A stretch of DNA of 64,000 bases from Octopus vulgaris (lineage: Eukaryota), in the NCBI GenBank assembly GCA_951406725.2, contig OX597821.1:55304001-55368000 (forward strand), read 5' to 3'. Made by a program: the position numbers and the translations under genes. Below the pieces are notes generated by a model that was given only the letters and a program-made list of their open reading frames with translations, was not told the DNA's origin and ran no database searches. Below, in pieces: positions 28,811-42,737 of the stretch (position 1 is the stretch's first letter; each line of letters opens with the position of its first letter).

Positions 28811-29771
28811 GATTCTACCAGCTCGCTGCCTCTAACTTCTGCAATACGGATAACTCTGCGTCCTCATTCGGCGTCGTTCATTCTAGTCTCCTCGTCTTCA
28901 ACGATATACATTTATATATAATCTCTTGCACTACGTCCGGTGTGTTACGGAAGACTGATCTGCTCTTCGTTGTTAAATGCAGTTTAACATTCTTTTGTGT
29001 CAACTTAACTTTTATTTATTTTCCGACAAGCGTGTGCAAAACCGTTCTCATTCCGCTAAGATAGAAGAGTGCCTACATTGTCGTTTAATTAATATTTACG
29101 GAGTTGGCAGTGATGATAGCTGTGGGTGTGGTGGTGGTATAGGAGACAGTATTGGAGGCTGTCCTTGCCTCATTTTAAAATATATCTTGCTCGTCACTGC
29201 TGCTGCGGTTTTTGCTGCTGCTATTGCTACTGCTGCTGCTGTTTTCGTTTAGTTTCTCGATCACATTAAGTAGTAGTAGGAAGACAATGTCAAAGCAGCC
29301 ATTCGAACAGCTATCGCTTCCTTCGATTAGGAGAACCATATTGAGATTTTTATCTTAAAATATAAAGTTTGCATTTTCAAATCACAAAATTCGCCCTTAA
29401 CCCTTTAAGGTCGGGTGGGGCTTACTGACACATCATGCTTTCTTCTGCAGAGGACGGGTATGGCTTATTGAAACGCTGCTAAATTGTGAAGGAGACAGGT
29501 ATATGCAAGCTCCATTTGCGTTATAAGCTGATTAATTATCATCCCGCACTAAAAGACTTGATATTTATACCCTGTCTTAAAAAGTTAAAGAGCAAATTCG
29601 CTCCTGAGCAGCTCGCCCTGCTTGCAGGGACCTGGGTTATTTAGTTAACACTAAATTTGGTATACCAACTAATAAAACAACAAATGTTAAAGCAAATATT
29701 CGAGCCACGATGAAGCGTCCACTCCTTCGAAACACGCATATTCATAATAATAATGATAATATAATAATAAA

Positions 29772-29865
29772 AGAAGAAGAAGAAGAAGAAGAAGAAGAAG
29801 AAGAAGAAGAAGAAGAAGAAGAAGAAGAAGAAGAAGAAGAAGAAGAAGAAGAAGAAGAAGAAGAA
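29772..29865 (+). repeat. (GAA)n microsatellite
   Basis: About 30 perfect GAA units. Confidence 0.95.
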
Positions 29866-30310
29866 AATATTCTGCTCGATACCACAGATTTGTTTGTCAG
29901 TTGTTTGACTTTAACCAGTTGAGTATATCCCTTAGTGGCTGATAATATGTGCATCTCTGATCACGAGCAGAAATAGTTGGGGAGCATCATAGCCATGTGT
30001 TGAGAGGAATTCTTTGGGCTTTGAATAATTCGCCTCAGGAAACATGTGTTGTGTTCAACATCCTTGAACAACCCTTATTCAGGGACCATTTGAGAAGGAT
30101 GAGCTATTCGACTTGAGGAAAATAGTAACTGGGCTCCACCTGCAAGGTCATGTGCTGTTTATCTTCATATAAGGTCACCATATCACGCACATATGGTTGT
30201 GATGCATGTGTCTGGTGTACCCATTTCAGGCGGCTAGTCGTGATGTGTATACTGGGCTTCGTATATTTCACGCCAGTGTCACTTTGTTGGCATGCACGGT
30301 TTTCTCACTC
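29866..30310 (+). mobile_element. Non-coding interspersed repeat family D ending in (AAT)n
   Basis: Reverse-complement match to 32058-32505; a partial third copy at about 20545-20700. Confidence 0.75.
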
Positions 30311-30345
<35 letters not shown>

Positions 30346-30965
30346 GGAAGATGATGTTGACAATGACAACGACGACGACGACGACGATGATGATGATGAT
30401 AAGTATGATGATACTTAATGAAGTTTGACGTAACTTTTCTTGAAATTAAGTAAACAATAAGACAGTGATTCGATTTGTAATAAAATGATATTGGCTGTGT
30501 TTATAAAATTGAACGAATTGAACAATATTTGGACATACTGTCTATCTTTCGCGTGTGCAAAATATAAACTGGCGTAACCTCTTGTCTGATGCTAAAATGT
30601 TTATACATTGTAACGCAAATTTAAGAAAGCAAATGAAGAAAAATAGACAGAATACATTTGTTTGAATGTTGTTCAAGGGCATTCATGAATACACTACCCT
30701 ATTATTGGGGTAGACTGAAGAAACATCCATGGTTGCCATCATTCACAGTTTACCGACTACTTCGGTGCTTAAAAGAATTATTAATGCTGGTCACAACATC
30801 AAAAGTATCACGAATATAGGAATTTGATCATTTTTGGCTACAAGAAGTAGAAAGCCATCTAGCCATTCAAAAATTTTGGCTGTGCAACATTCATACCTTC
30901 TGCAAATTGGAAGCACTGGAAGAAAAGTTTGGAAAATTTTCGAATTTTTGTATATCTTTGAACAC

Positions 30966-31161
30966 TTGCAGCGTGGAAGGTGTTTATAAGCCATTTAAGA
31001 AACACGCAAAATCGTTAGATTCACTTCAACATTTAAATTATATTTGTCAAAATATTTTCGTCGCTTTGAGACCGCGACCTGTTCACTGACAAAGCTTCGT
31101 GCTGTATCTGAGAAAGTAACAGTTAGTTCATGATATATATGTACGTATGTATGCGAGTGTG

Positions 31162-31195
<34 letters not shown>

Positions 31196-31204
31196 TGTAT
31201 GTGC

Positions 31205-31235
<31 letters not shown>

Positions 31236-31619
31236 TGTATGTATGTATGTGCGTATGTATGTATGCATGCATGTGCGTATGTATGTATGTATGTGTGTAC
31301 ATGTATGTGCGCATGCATACATACATACATACGCACATGCATGCATACATACATACATGCACACACACATACACACATTCATATATATCATGAACTAACT
31401 GATACTTTCTCAGATGCAGCACGAAGCTTTGTCAGTGAACAGGTCGCGGTCTCAAAGCGACGAAAATATTTTGACAAATTAAATTTAAATGTTGAAGTGA
31501 CTCTAACGGTTTTGTGTGTTTCTTCAATGGCTTATAAACACCTTCCACGCTGCAATTGTTTTCGTTCCATCACACGATCTCAGATCAAGTCACTCGCTAT
31601 GCAAGTGCATGTCCGTAAT
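30966..31619. mobile_element. Inverted pair of Penelope-like terminal-repeat fragments (G3-C8 family)
   Basis: Same sequence as the outer arms of 12981-15455; the internal (GTAT)n flips to (CATA)n near 31312; hammerhead-like motifs at 31043-31093 (-) and 31428-31478 (+). Confidence 0.88.
31428..31478 (+). ncRNA. Minimal hammerhead-like motif, G3-C8 variant
   Basis: tttgtca-GTGAACA-g-gtcgc(ggtctcaaa)gcgac-GAAA-atattt-tgacaaa; loop II differs from the 13/15-kb copies while stems and core are unchanged. Mirror copy at 31043-31093 (-). Confidence 0.72.
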
Positions 31620-32006
31620 GTATATCTTTGGGTGACCATAAAATACAGGTGTTCTTTGTTCTGATCCCAAAATTGTTTCCCTCTATTTCCCAAATTAGAT
31701 TGTCCAGTTCTTCATTGTACATTTAAAATGGGTTCGTATTTCCGATTGATCAAATAAAAACTTTTCTGGAGAGTTTTCAGTGACTAGTTCTTATGCATAT
31801 ACAAGGGTAAAAAGATCACAATCGTATTGGCCAGCGTGGGGGTTTTAACATGTTGACTTGTATAGGCTTTGTTTGTTTGTTTGTGTTGTTATCTGTGCGG
31901 TTAGTTCTTGTGATACTGGTAAAATTAAACTGTCATAAAAATAGACAAGTCACGTGTCCTGGGAGCGTTATTATGGCAAAAATACTAACAGACATGCTGA
32001 TGCGTG

Positions 32007-32057
<51 letters not shown>

Positions 32058-32058
<1 letters not shown>

Positions 32059-32609
32059 GAGTGAGAGAGCAGTGCATGCCATCAAAGTGACACTGGGGTA
32101 AAATATACGAAGCCCAATATACCCATCATGACTACCCGTCTGATAAAGGTACACCAGGCACATGCATCACAACCATATGTGCGCGACATGGTGATCTCAT
32201 ATCAAGATAAACAGCACATGACCTTGCAGGTGGGGCCCAGTTAGAATTTTCTTCAGGTTGAGTAGCCCATCCCGCTCAAAAGGTCCCTGAATAAGGATTG
32301 TTTAAGGATGTTGAAAGAACCACCCATGTTTCCAGAGGTGAACCATTCAAATCCCAAAGAATCCCTCTCAACACATGGCTATGATGCTCCCCCACTACTT
32401 CTGCTCGTGATCAGAGATGCACATATCGTCAGCCACTAAGGGACATGCTCAACTGGTTATGGTCAAACAACTGACAAGCAAATCTGTGGTATTGAGCAGA
32501 ATATTTGCTGTAGCCCATCTTTTATACCAAGACAAAACAATGTACATGATAACACTTCCAATCAGTTAAGATCAGAAGCCATGAGAGCCACTGTCTGGTA
32601 CTGCATCAG

Positions 32610-32610
<1 letters not shown>
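32058..32610 (-). mobile_element. Longest copy of repeat family D, within (ATT)n tracts
   Basis: About 550 bp, (ATT)n on both sides, homologous to 29866-30310. Confidence 0.8.
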
Positions 32611-32660
<50 letters not shown>

Positions 32661-32739
32661 GGCGTAATTACTCTTTATAATCATTTGTGTAATGATCCCT
32701 TATTATTGGCGTAAGGATCCTATCAAACACAACAGAGTT

Positions 32740-33420
32740 TGTTTCAACGCACGATTTCACATCAAGTGTCTAAGAAACCAAATACAAAAACGAAATAGAC
32801 GAGTGAATTCCATCACAAACCATAACGGAAATGTAATGATGTATACAAAAGGTGGGGCGTGTAAAAATTCTTATTTGGAGTACACAGTGGAATGCAACAA
32901 GCACAACTTGACTTATGCTGGTTGCACAACAGAACAATTAAATAAAATATTCAACGGGCATAGGTATAACATCAAGCACAATAGTTGTATTTCGAAGGAG
33001 CTTGCAGTACATTTTACAGCAAACGGCTGTAATTTTGTAGAACACATAGAAGTGCACATTCCCAGAAAATATCCTGACTCAACTGCATATTCTGTTCTCA
33101 AAACGTATGAGGACAAATAAATCAGTGAATTGGTAAAGTCACGCCCTGGTGGTATAAGTAAAAGGATATGCAAATTTAATCACATTAACCAAAACTGTTT
33201 CAGTAAATGTTTTCTTTCCCATTTCCTTCATTCGTTCTTTCCTTACTTTTTCCTTGAAACCAGTTATGAAAAATTTGAAACTGATATCATTTCGTCTACA
33301 AAGGAACGCAAGATATTCCCAGTTCATATTTTACAATTCCTGTATTTCTGCGTTTCTTCATTTTACATTTTGAACCCGAGAGAGAGACAGACAATCTGTC
33401 GAAATATTGTTCAGTTCTCT
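32740..33420 (+). pseudogene. Decayed Penelope-like GIY-YIG endonuclease fragment with degenerate downstream hammerhead-like hairpin
   Basis: CKNSYLEYTVECNKHNLTYAGCTTEQLNKIFNGHRYNIK...LAVHF...EDK*ISELVKSRPGGI; downstream gacagacaatctgtc-gaaa-tattgttc at about 33385-33411. Confidence 0.75.
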
Positions 33421-33488
33421 AAATTCAATAAGCAGAGTTCATCTCAATTTATTACTAATCGCATCAAGCTTTCATTATTTAATAATAA

Positions 33489-33525
<37 letters not shown>

Positions 33526-34289
33526 GTCTCAATTTTTGGTATAAGGCTTGAAATTTTGGAGGAGGGGGCTAGTGGATTACATCGTTCCCTTTAAATGTAT
33601 TAGTAAAGTGTAAATTGAATTTTATGCAACAGTGGGAAAAATTAAGCGTGAAAATTCTGCTAATTATAACTGACGGACCTCTCAATAATACTGACTGATC
33701 TATCAATAGTACTGAGTGATAATTTTCATCGCTTATTATTCTAAGTTTTTATTCCAATTCTTACCTTCTTGCTGTCAATACTGTGAAGGTTGTACATTTC
33801 TGAAAAATTCTAATAAGACTGAAACATATACACAGTCGTCGACATAATAAAGGAAAATGAGGAAATTAGAATCTCTCTCCACTGTATGTCTCATTCAATA
33901 TTTATTTAACAGAAATTTTGGAATATCTCCTTGGTTTTACATGGTTTAATTATTTCAGTGGGCTTAAAATTTTAGAAAAAGACACAATGATGTCGTGGTG
34001 GTAGTTCCGGCTTCTCCGTATTTAAAGCGTCATAAAAAAAATGAAATAATGGTAATCCTTGAAATCATTTGATTGTTATTGAAACCCAATGTAGATATAC
34101 AATTATCAGGAAAGCTCGAAATAATGATAGAATAACTACTTCATCCGTGCGTAAGGGATATATTTTATCGTTTCATTTATCACCCTTCCAGCCTTTTAAT
34201 TGCCCTCCCTTTCTCTCTCTCTCTCTCTGTCCGTCTGTCTCACGCACTCTCTCATTAACTTTCTATATACATAAGTACATATATATTAA

Positions 34290-34745
34290 AATGGTCTGGG
34301 AAAGGATAACAAAAAGGAAAATACCAACAAACTAAGTCGGTCATATTGAGACCGATGGATTAAAATAATATTGGTAGAAATTAATAATTAAAATGGCCAC
34401 AAAGTTAAAACAAATCCGGCCAGATGTCGTTGTGTGGGACCACAAAGAAAAGATGGTCTGTAGTGGAAATCAGCTGCCCCCTAAACACCAAAGTGTTTAG
34501 AAAAATATAAGAGAAAGGTGACGTCTATGGATCATTGATAAGGAGCTTGCAAATCCAGTACCCAAAATACATTTTCACCTTTATATCTATTATTATTGTA
34601 TCAACAGGATAAATACAAATCCGCTTGGGAAAAAGTATGACAACTTGAGACCTTGGGGAGAGAATGCAAATCCTTAATTTATATGCTACAATTGATCACG
34701 ATATCTGCGACAACTCTACAAAATCTTCTTAAGAGTTAAAGGATG
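34290..34745 (+). pseudogene. Decayed restriction-like endonuclease region of an RLE-type (R4/Dong-like) non-LTR retrotransposon
   Basis: IIKMATKLKQIRPDVVVWDHKEK..VVEISCPLNTKV..EKGDVYGSLIRSLQIQYPKYIFTFISIII matches RPD..D..(E)xxCP..K..Y. Confidence 0.7.
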
Positions 34746-35573
34746 ATGGTTAAAACTTTCCTCCACAACATTGCTACCAAGTAGGTGGCCGGTCAAAATT
34801 TATTCTAAACTTGAAAAAAATAAGAGCGGAACATACATAAACACATACATACATACATACATACATACATACATAAATACATACATACATACATACATAC
34901 ATACATACATGCATGCATACATGCATACATACATGCATGCATGCATGCATGAATGCAACATACATACATACATGCATGCATGATTATCTATATATTCGGT
35001 CGAAGCATACATAGACCTAACTGCCTAACTGCCTGGAATCATGAATCACTGCAATTCTGCATAAGAACAAGTGAGTGCAAGTGCACGCATGAGTGCCTGA
35101 GAGGTTGTATATATTTGCATGTTTTAATATTTTCAAAATCAAATTACGCCTAGGTCAACTTTGGCTTTCATCATTTCGGAAATGAGTTCTAAAATCTTCC
35201 CCATTCCAGAAAATTCGTTGGCATTGAACCAAAATTTGAAACCAATATTTTAAATGTCTAATTTTAAAAATTCAACAAAGTTAATTTCTTCTCTTTTGCT
35301 CTGTCTTTATCTACTCTTTAAAATATATTTCTCCATTCACACATCTTTACGGCACATACGCGCATATATAGAAATGGTCATGTACAAATACACATATATT
35401 TTGGGATATTATCAGCTTTTAATAATATCCATGTCATAAAATGTGAAGAATCATGATATCTACTTATATTTAAGTTTATGCATTTATGTGTGTTTAAGTG
35501 TGTGTGTGTGTGTGTGTGTGTATAGGTAGATACATACATACAAACATATATTTACGTACATACAAATATATTT

Positions 35574-35828
35574 TGGCCTGGAGCATAATTATTGCGGCTT
35601 TTTTTTTTTTTTGCCACAAATTTTATTCAACAAAAACTATAACAATATTTAACAAAATCAACTTTAAATGAGATTCTGACCGTCTGCCATGCAAATGAGA
35701 AGCAGTAATTAAAGAAGATTGTGAACATGCTCCGGAATAATCATTTAAATTAATTACATTTAGTTATTGTTTTTGCTGAATAAAATTTGTTGTAAAAAAA
35801 AAGCCGCAATAATTATGCACCAACCCGA
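35574..35828. mobile_element. Mariner-type MITE / internally deleted element
   Basis: About 70-bp terminal inverted repeats gcataattattgcggctttttt..caaattttattcaacaaaaac / gtttttgctgaataaaatttg..aaaaaagccgcaataattatgc. Confidence 0.75.
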
Positions 35829-35911
35829 CATATATACGTATGCACAACACACACGCACACACACATACACACACAAATATATACCACAACACACACGCAC
35901 ATATATATGTA

Positions 35912-35958
<47 letters not shown>

Positions 35959-36315
35959 GCGCCAGCTCAAACACTACAATAGATTTTCAGCTAACAGCTG
36001 CTGTTATACACTTTATGATCCATGCAATTTATATGCTACATCTACTATTACTGCATATAGAAAACTAATGAGGCAATTGACGTTTCAAGAAGAAAAAAAT
36101 ATACATAAAGAACGTGTAATAAATTGTACAAAGTGAAAGATGCTACATACAGACGTACACACACTCACAAAAATAAACTCGCAATTGTATTTATGCGAAG
36201 ATCGCAGTGGTGCGAAACTCGAGTTGCGTGAAAGCGTTTCAGTCTCAATAAAGTATAGGTATTGGTTGATAGAAATAGGAATGCATAAATTAATATACAT
36301 GCATGCATACAGACA

Positions 36316-36355
<40 letters not shown>

Positions 36356-36399
36356 CACATACACATGCATATACACATACATATACACACATATATATA

Positions 36400-36479
<80 letters not shown>

Positions 36480-37335
36480 AGGTGTGTTCTATTAAGAACC
36501 TACGTGAGTACAAATAGAGCTCGATCCCCCTTAGAATTCCCAAATAGCCGGTAGTATTCTTATGGTATGCTACCAATTCTAGTCTTAGGTATTCCACGTG
36601 TGTGAAAATATAACGTAAAAAGTAAAAGAGTTAAATGGAAGAGTTAGTACGGAATAGGAACCATTTTAATCACCGCAAATGTTTCGATAGATACAGATAC
36701 TCGTATTTACAGGATTTAAAGTTAAGTTTAAATTAAATTATGTAAGGATTTGCCTGTATAAGAAGATCTATATGCACCCCCTCTTGCGATGCTCTGTTGC
36801 TATCTCCGTAAGTAAATCTAGATTTCTATGCTACAACATCCATGGCTTCTTCTTAGAAACTAACAAATGCTGACGGTTTTAATTCGCTCGGTATGAGTGT
36901 GTTATCAGGTTCATTGTCTATTTATTCACGTTGTATTTTTATTCAGTTTCAACATGTTATTCTGCACATGTGAAACTGTACTATTACGCAAAATACATTC
37001 ATCCATTAGCTCATACAATCACTTACACACCGATATACCATACATCACTGAGTGTTTCCATACATACACACATACACGCACACAAATACACTCACACGCA
37101 GACACGTACACACATATATGCATATATATAAAAAATATATGTACATATATTCAGATGCACTCACGCATACATATACTCACCTACATATCAATAAACACAT
37201 TCACATCTATACATAGACGCTTATACATGTATCTACTCATTTTCATGCGCATAGTTATATCTACATAGTTATATCGTTGAACGCTCCATCATAAATACAC
37301 ACTCCTATACATATGCGAAGGCAGTAAAAATGGGT

Positions 37336-37800
37336 TTAGCGAGATAGAATAATAATTATAATGTATACACTGTTCCATCTGGAAAATGCATATTTGGTAC
37401 GGTGGTTACATCTTGGAATTTTCTCATCATATTTATTCACTAGATTTTTATTACTCAGTAAAATACTCAGTGCTTCCTCAAGGCAAAGGTCACATTTGCC
37501 AGATAGTGAAGTACATGGATGTGCGTTTTTATTTTTGACCATTCTCTTTTTGATTTTTTCAGTCCCCATATGAAGTCTGCCAGCGAGGTTGTGTGCCGTC
37601 TATTTATTTTTCGGAATGACGAGATGTGGTTTGGATAACGAACTTTGAATTGGTTTTCAGTGGCACCTATGTACACGTAATTATGCTGAGATGTGTAGAT
37701 TATGCATTCATATACTTTGTTGTTGTTTTTTTTATCACATTGGTTCATGAGCAGACATGCGGATTTCTACGGCATGTGCAGTTAATCCTTTTCAATTCTT
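37336..37800 (-). pseudogene. Decayed Penelope-like GIY-YIG endonuclease (variant with C-terminal CxxC...CxH)
   Basis: KVYECIIYTSQHNYVYIGATENQFKVRYPNHISSFRK..TSLADFIWGLK, then after a frameshift KCDLCLEEALSILL..LVNKYDEKIPRCNHRTKY. Confidence 0.8.
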
Positions 37801-38149
37801 ATATTTATCTCGCGGCTTTTGGATTCTGTTTTCATGATGTTCCGTTTGATTTCTAATACCCGAGGCTTTGTTTAATCGGTAATCTCTTTTTGTTGAATTT
37901 TTTTGGATGATATATTTCCACTATATTGTCACCGTCTTTTACGCTATCTGAAATTTGCAGTCTATCTGTTGTTTATTTTGGTTATTGGTGTTAAATACTG
38001 TGTAGTTTTGATTTGTTTGTTCTCTACCAGCAGACGTTTTTAGTGTTTAATTTCTGGTTGTCGTATTTATGTATGTAGTACTCTATGTTATAAGATGTTG
38101 CATACGATATTTTCACTGCGTGTTTTTTTAATAAACGGTAGTATTTATG

Positions 38150-38709
38150 TGTTTTAGAACTACTGTGAACGATGCAAGAAATGGCCATCGAACCTCATCC
38201 CGATCAGCGGAGAACGTGGCAAGAGTAGAGGAAATGTTTAATTGCAGCCCGCAAAAGTCAGCAAAAATGCAGCTCGTGAAAGTGAATTAAGAAAACACAC
38301 AATACGTACTGTGTTCCATAAAGAAGAATTTATGTCCGTGGAAATCCCATTACGTGCAGGATCTAAAACCTGAAGACTATGATCGCAGGAGTCCATATAT
38401 CCAGATTTCACTCCATGGGATTTTTACGTATGGGGATCCACAAAACCTCGCACACTGAACGACTTGGAGACACGGATTCAGGAGATTCTCAATGCTACCC
38501 AGACGACGTACTTCAGAAGGTTGTTCATTCCATCCCTAGCCGTTTGAGGACACTGGTTAGTACCACCGGTGCTTACGTTGAAATCTGAATATTTACTGCC
38601 ATTTATCCATGTAATAAAGAACATGTATCATTAGTTTCAATAAATTTGTAAAAGATGTATATATTTTATTACCAGTTTTTAATGCCTACTTACTCTTCAC
38701 CACCCTGTA
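38150..38709 (+). mobile_element. Internally deleted Tc1/mariner-superfamily fragment
   Basis: HTH-like region (SPQKS..), YPDFTPWDF..WG (SPDLTPxDFFLWG-like), ends caccctg+TA. Confidence 0.65.
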
Positions 38710-38735
38710 TATATGCATGTATATGTGTGTGTGTG

Positions 38736-38823
<88 letters not shown>

Positions 38824-39380
38824 ACTATCTATATACATTCTGTGTGTACACATGTACGTATGTATAAGAAATTGAGATAATAAAAGAATAAACAGTTACG
38901 CTATGAACTTCATTATCTTACAGCGCCTTCTGCTATGAGATGCATTACTCTCGAAGTTCAGTGCTTGAATATCAACTTATAGTTTCATCGGAGCTCCAAA
39001 CAAGAAGTGTAATTCATTTGGGAAAATTTTACATTTGTGTATATACACAGAAAAACATTACCAATGAAAAAACATACAAGTATATAGGAAATAAAAATTC
39101 AGGCGTATGAGGGGAAACTCAGCCCAGAATTAGAATATGATAATTTTATGTATATTAGGATGGGTATTGAAGAATTTTTGAGATGAGAATCAGAATAGAT
39201 GTAACAAAAGTCAGTAAAAAAAAAGAGAATTATAAGTAATAGTTGTGTGTGTATGTGTGTGTGTATACACGCACATACGTACACATATAATTAATGAAAT
39301 AAAGATAGAATGTATATAATAATGAAAACATGCACATGCATAGATACACTCATAGGAATATATATATATATATATATATA

Positions 39381-39703
39381 TTTATCAAAAGAAAAACAGG
39401 ATGCAAAGGATTTAGCGGTACATATGTTTCTGGATTTATTGGACAGTTTATATCAATGCATAATTGATGTAACATGTTTGTCAATAGCCTTCTTCAGCCG
39501 CGCACAATTACCACACCAAAGACATGTATTACATCTCAAACCTGCTATAATGTAATACATGTCTTTGGTGTGGTAATTGTGCGAAGCTGAAGAAGGCTAT
39601 TGACATACATGTTACATCAATTATGCATTGATATAAACTGTCCAATAAAGCCAGAAACATATGTACCACTAAATCCTTTGCATCCTGTTTTTCTTTTGAT
39701 AAA
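39381..39703. repeat. 154-bp inverted repeat with 15-bp spacer; each arm carries a canonical hammerhead motif (probable Penelope-like terminal repeats)
   Basis: Arms 39381-39534 and 39550-39703 with few mismatches; spacer ctcaaacctgctata; (TA)n on the left flank. Confidence 0.9.
39415..39501 (-). ncRNA. Type-I hammerhead ribozyme motif (canonical core)
   Basis: Minus gcgg-CTGAAGA-aggctattgac...gtccaataaatcca-GAAA-catatg-TA-ccgc; mirror copy at 39583-39669 (+) has a damaged stem I. Confidence 0.7.
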
Positions 39704-39781
39704 CATATCCTATCACCTACACCACTAACTGGCATATACAGATGCTTACAGTTATCAAGTATTCACCCTGAAGTTTTTGTA

Positions 39782-39916
<135 letters not shown>

Positions 39917-40263
39917 GTTATATATACATATACACACATATATATTTATATATGTACATACATACAAAGATGTGCGTTCATATATTCACATATACAGTAA
40001 GCTAACATAGATCCACACGCGTATACAGCTACATAGTGGCCACGGCCTTAAGGTTGAAGCGCATAAAAGAATAAAATGATATATATAATCCCACTGTTTT
40101 ATATATATTTGTAGTATTGATGAACAAAACATTGAGGAAACTAGTTTTGTATATATGTGAATAAATCTATTTCAAAACAACTTCACGTTTTTCAAATTGA
40201 GTTGCATTTCCAAAGACCCAAAACAATCGCGTGGTACACGCCTTTATTCATCTGTGTATGTGT

Positions 40264-40375
<112 letters not shown>

Positions 40376-40586
40376 TATATAAATTAGAGATAAAACCACT
40401 ATTATGCAATTCAAGCAATGATAGACATAAGCCAAAACATGAATAACAAATAAAATATATTTTTATAAAACATAACTAGATCACAAAAAGTATAAAAAAT
40501 GAATAATCAATATATAATAAGTATATTGTGAAATTTGATTTAATACTAAATTGAATTAATCCCTGTATGTTTGGAATTATACTCCC

Positions 40587-40655
<69 letters not shown>

Positions 40656-41247
40656 TATTATATATACATACATATATACATACATACACACACATGTATA
40701 TACGTGTGTGGGTGTATACATACAGAGCCAAGCTTGATTACCCATATACAGACATGTATATGAGGGAAAATGTTGGGCCCTAGAAACATACTAGTATATA
40801 CACATTTTTACAGATAGAACCGCGTATGTATATAAAATAATATTCATAGATAAGTGTGCCAGCAACACCCATGTAAGAAGAAATAAATATGTTACTAACC
40901 TAAAAATCTAACCTAAATGGGAATATTATATTTCCATTCTATAAACTACGCAGTCCGAGTGAAATTAAAAGAAAAATCAGAGAAAAGCACTTTATTAATA
41001 AATTCCAACCCCACAATAATACTAATATTTAGAGGTACTATTTCTACTTCTACGACCACTAATACTAACAACAACAATACTAAAGGTTCTCATTATTATG
41101 ATAGCAGGAAAATACCAGCTAAGACAAAGGAAAAGTCAGTAAAAATTATCTAATTTTTGTGTTTAAAGTTTTATTACCACATAGCTACACATACCACTAC
41201 CACCACCACCAACAACAACAACAGCAACAAAAATAATAAAGATGATG

Positions 41248-41301
<54 letters not shown>

Positions 41302-41341
41302 GTGGTGGTGATGGTGGTGGTGGTGGTGGTGGTGGTGGTGG

Positions 41342-41373
<32 letters not shown>

Positions 41374-41919
41374 CTGATGGTGATGGTGGTGGTGGTGGTG
41401 ATGATGATGATGATAAGTGAAATGTAAAAATTTCTAGGAAATGTTGTTTACAACATTTCTAAATACAACCCAACAATTACTGCTTTAGCTAGGATCAAAA
41501 TACAGGTCTCTTGACATTTTCAAAAAATTGGGACACCTAAACAAAACACCAATAAACTTAGGTAATTTAGTAAAATCACACACTGATTGCTCAGAATACA
41601 ATTTGCAAAACTTATTCTGGAGCCTATACAAATGTATTTAAGGCGCACAGTTTAGTCATCTCGTCACAGTTGTAAATTGTAAGACATAACTGTGACTACT
41701 ACTATATGAATCTGAAGATTGCACAGTTTATTACATGAAAGTACTAGTTCTATCAAATTGGACTTTTAATATGCTGTCATTTCATTTCATTATACTATCT
41801 TATATTATATTATTATTAGATTGTAAATAAAAAGTGAAAATCAGACAAAGTTGGAATTTCTTGAGTAATACAAAAAATCATACACAATCATACACACCCA
41901 TGTATGTACATATATGTGT

Positions 41920-41971
<52 letters not shown>

Positions 41972-41994
41972 GGATATATCAATATACACACACT

Positions 41995-42280
41995 CATGAT
42001 TAAGGGGTTGCACCCACGATTGAGGGATATTAGGTTCGGTTCTCAGACCGGACGTTGCGTTGTGTTCTTGGACAAAGCACTTCATTTCAGGTTGATCTGC
42101 GATCATTTCGACATCTGACATGTGGCACCCGTTGCATCTGTACAGGTAATGTCGATCTGATGGAAGGAGTGAGCTTAGGTCTACACAAACATTTGATCCC
42201 TATACACAAATCTTCCGTGTGGTTGTTCAGCAAGAAATTATCAAACCCTCCTACGTCATCTAATGAAGGACGACTCCATC
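41995..42280 (+). mobile_element. Decayed tRNA-derived SINE (family C-like)
   Basis: ggttcggttctcagaccggacgttgcgttgtgttcttggacaaagcacttcatttc, similar to 48437 and 18040 copies. Confidence 0.5.
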
Positions 42281-42605
42281 ATGTGTGTGTGTGTGTGTGT
42301 ATGTGTGTGTGTGTGGTCAGTAAATCGTAAATGCGCGAGTTGAACACTCTAAGTTCTAGAACAGTAGAATGTATAAAGTTAGTTATAGCCGGTATGTGGG
42401 GTTACCCAGGGTTTCGCATCCATAAATCGCTTAGCCTTACTGCATCCCGTCACACGCTAATGGCCATTGGTGACATGGTATATAAGTAATATAGACGCAA
42501 AATCAGGGGTTTCGGCTTTAGACCGGTCATAGCTATCTTTCTCTATCTACACACACATACATACATACATGCATACATACATACATACATACATACATAC
42601 ATACA

Positions 42606-42637
<32 letters not shown>

Positions 42638-42638
42638 G

Positions 42639-42687
<49 letters not shown>

Positions 42688-42737
42688 GTGAATTGAAGAA
42701 ATGGAGCTGAACGAAGATTGAACAGAAATCGTTTTAT

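Noticed and set aside
36670-36792. Hammerhead-like GAAAC and stem I on the minus strand
   Set aside because: CUGA part of the core is absent; too degenerate to call.
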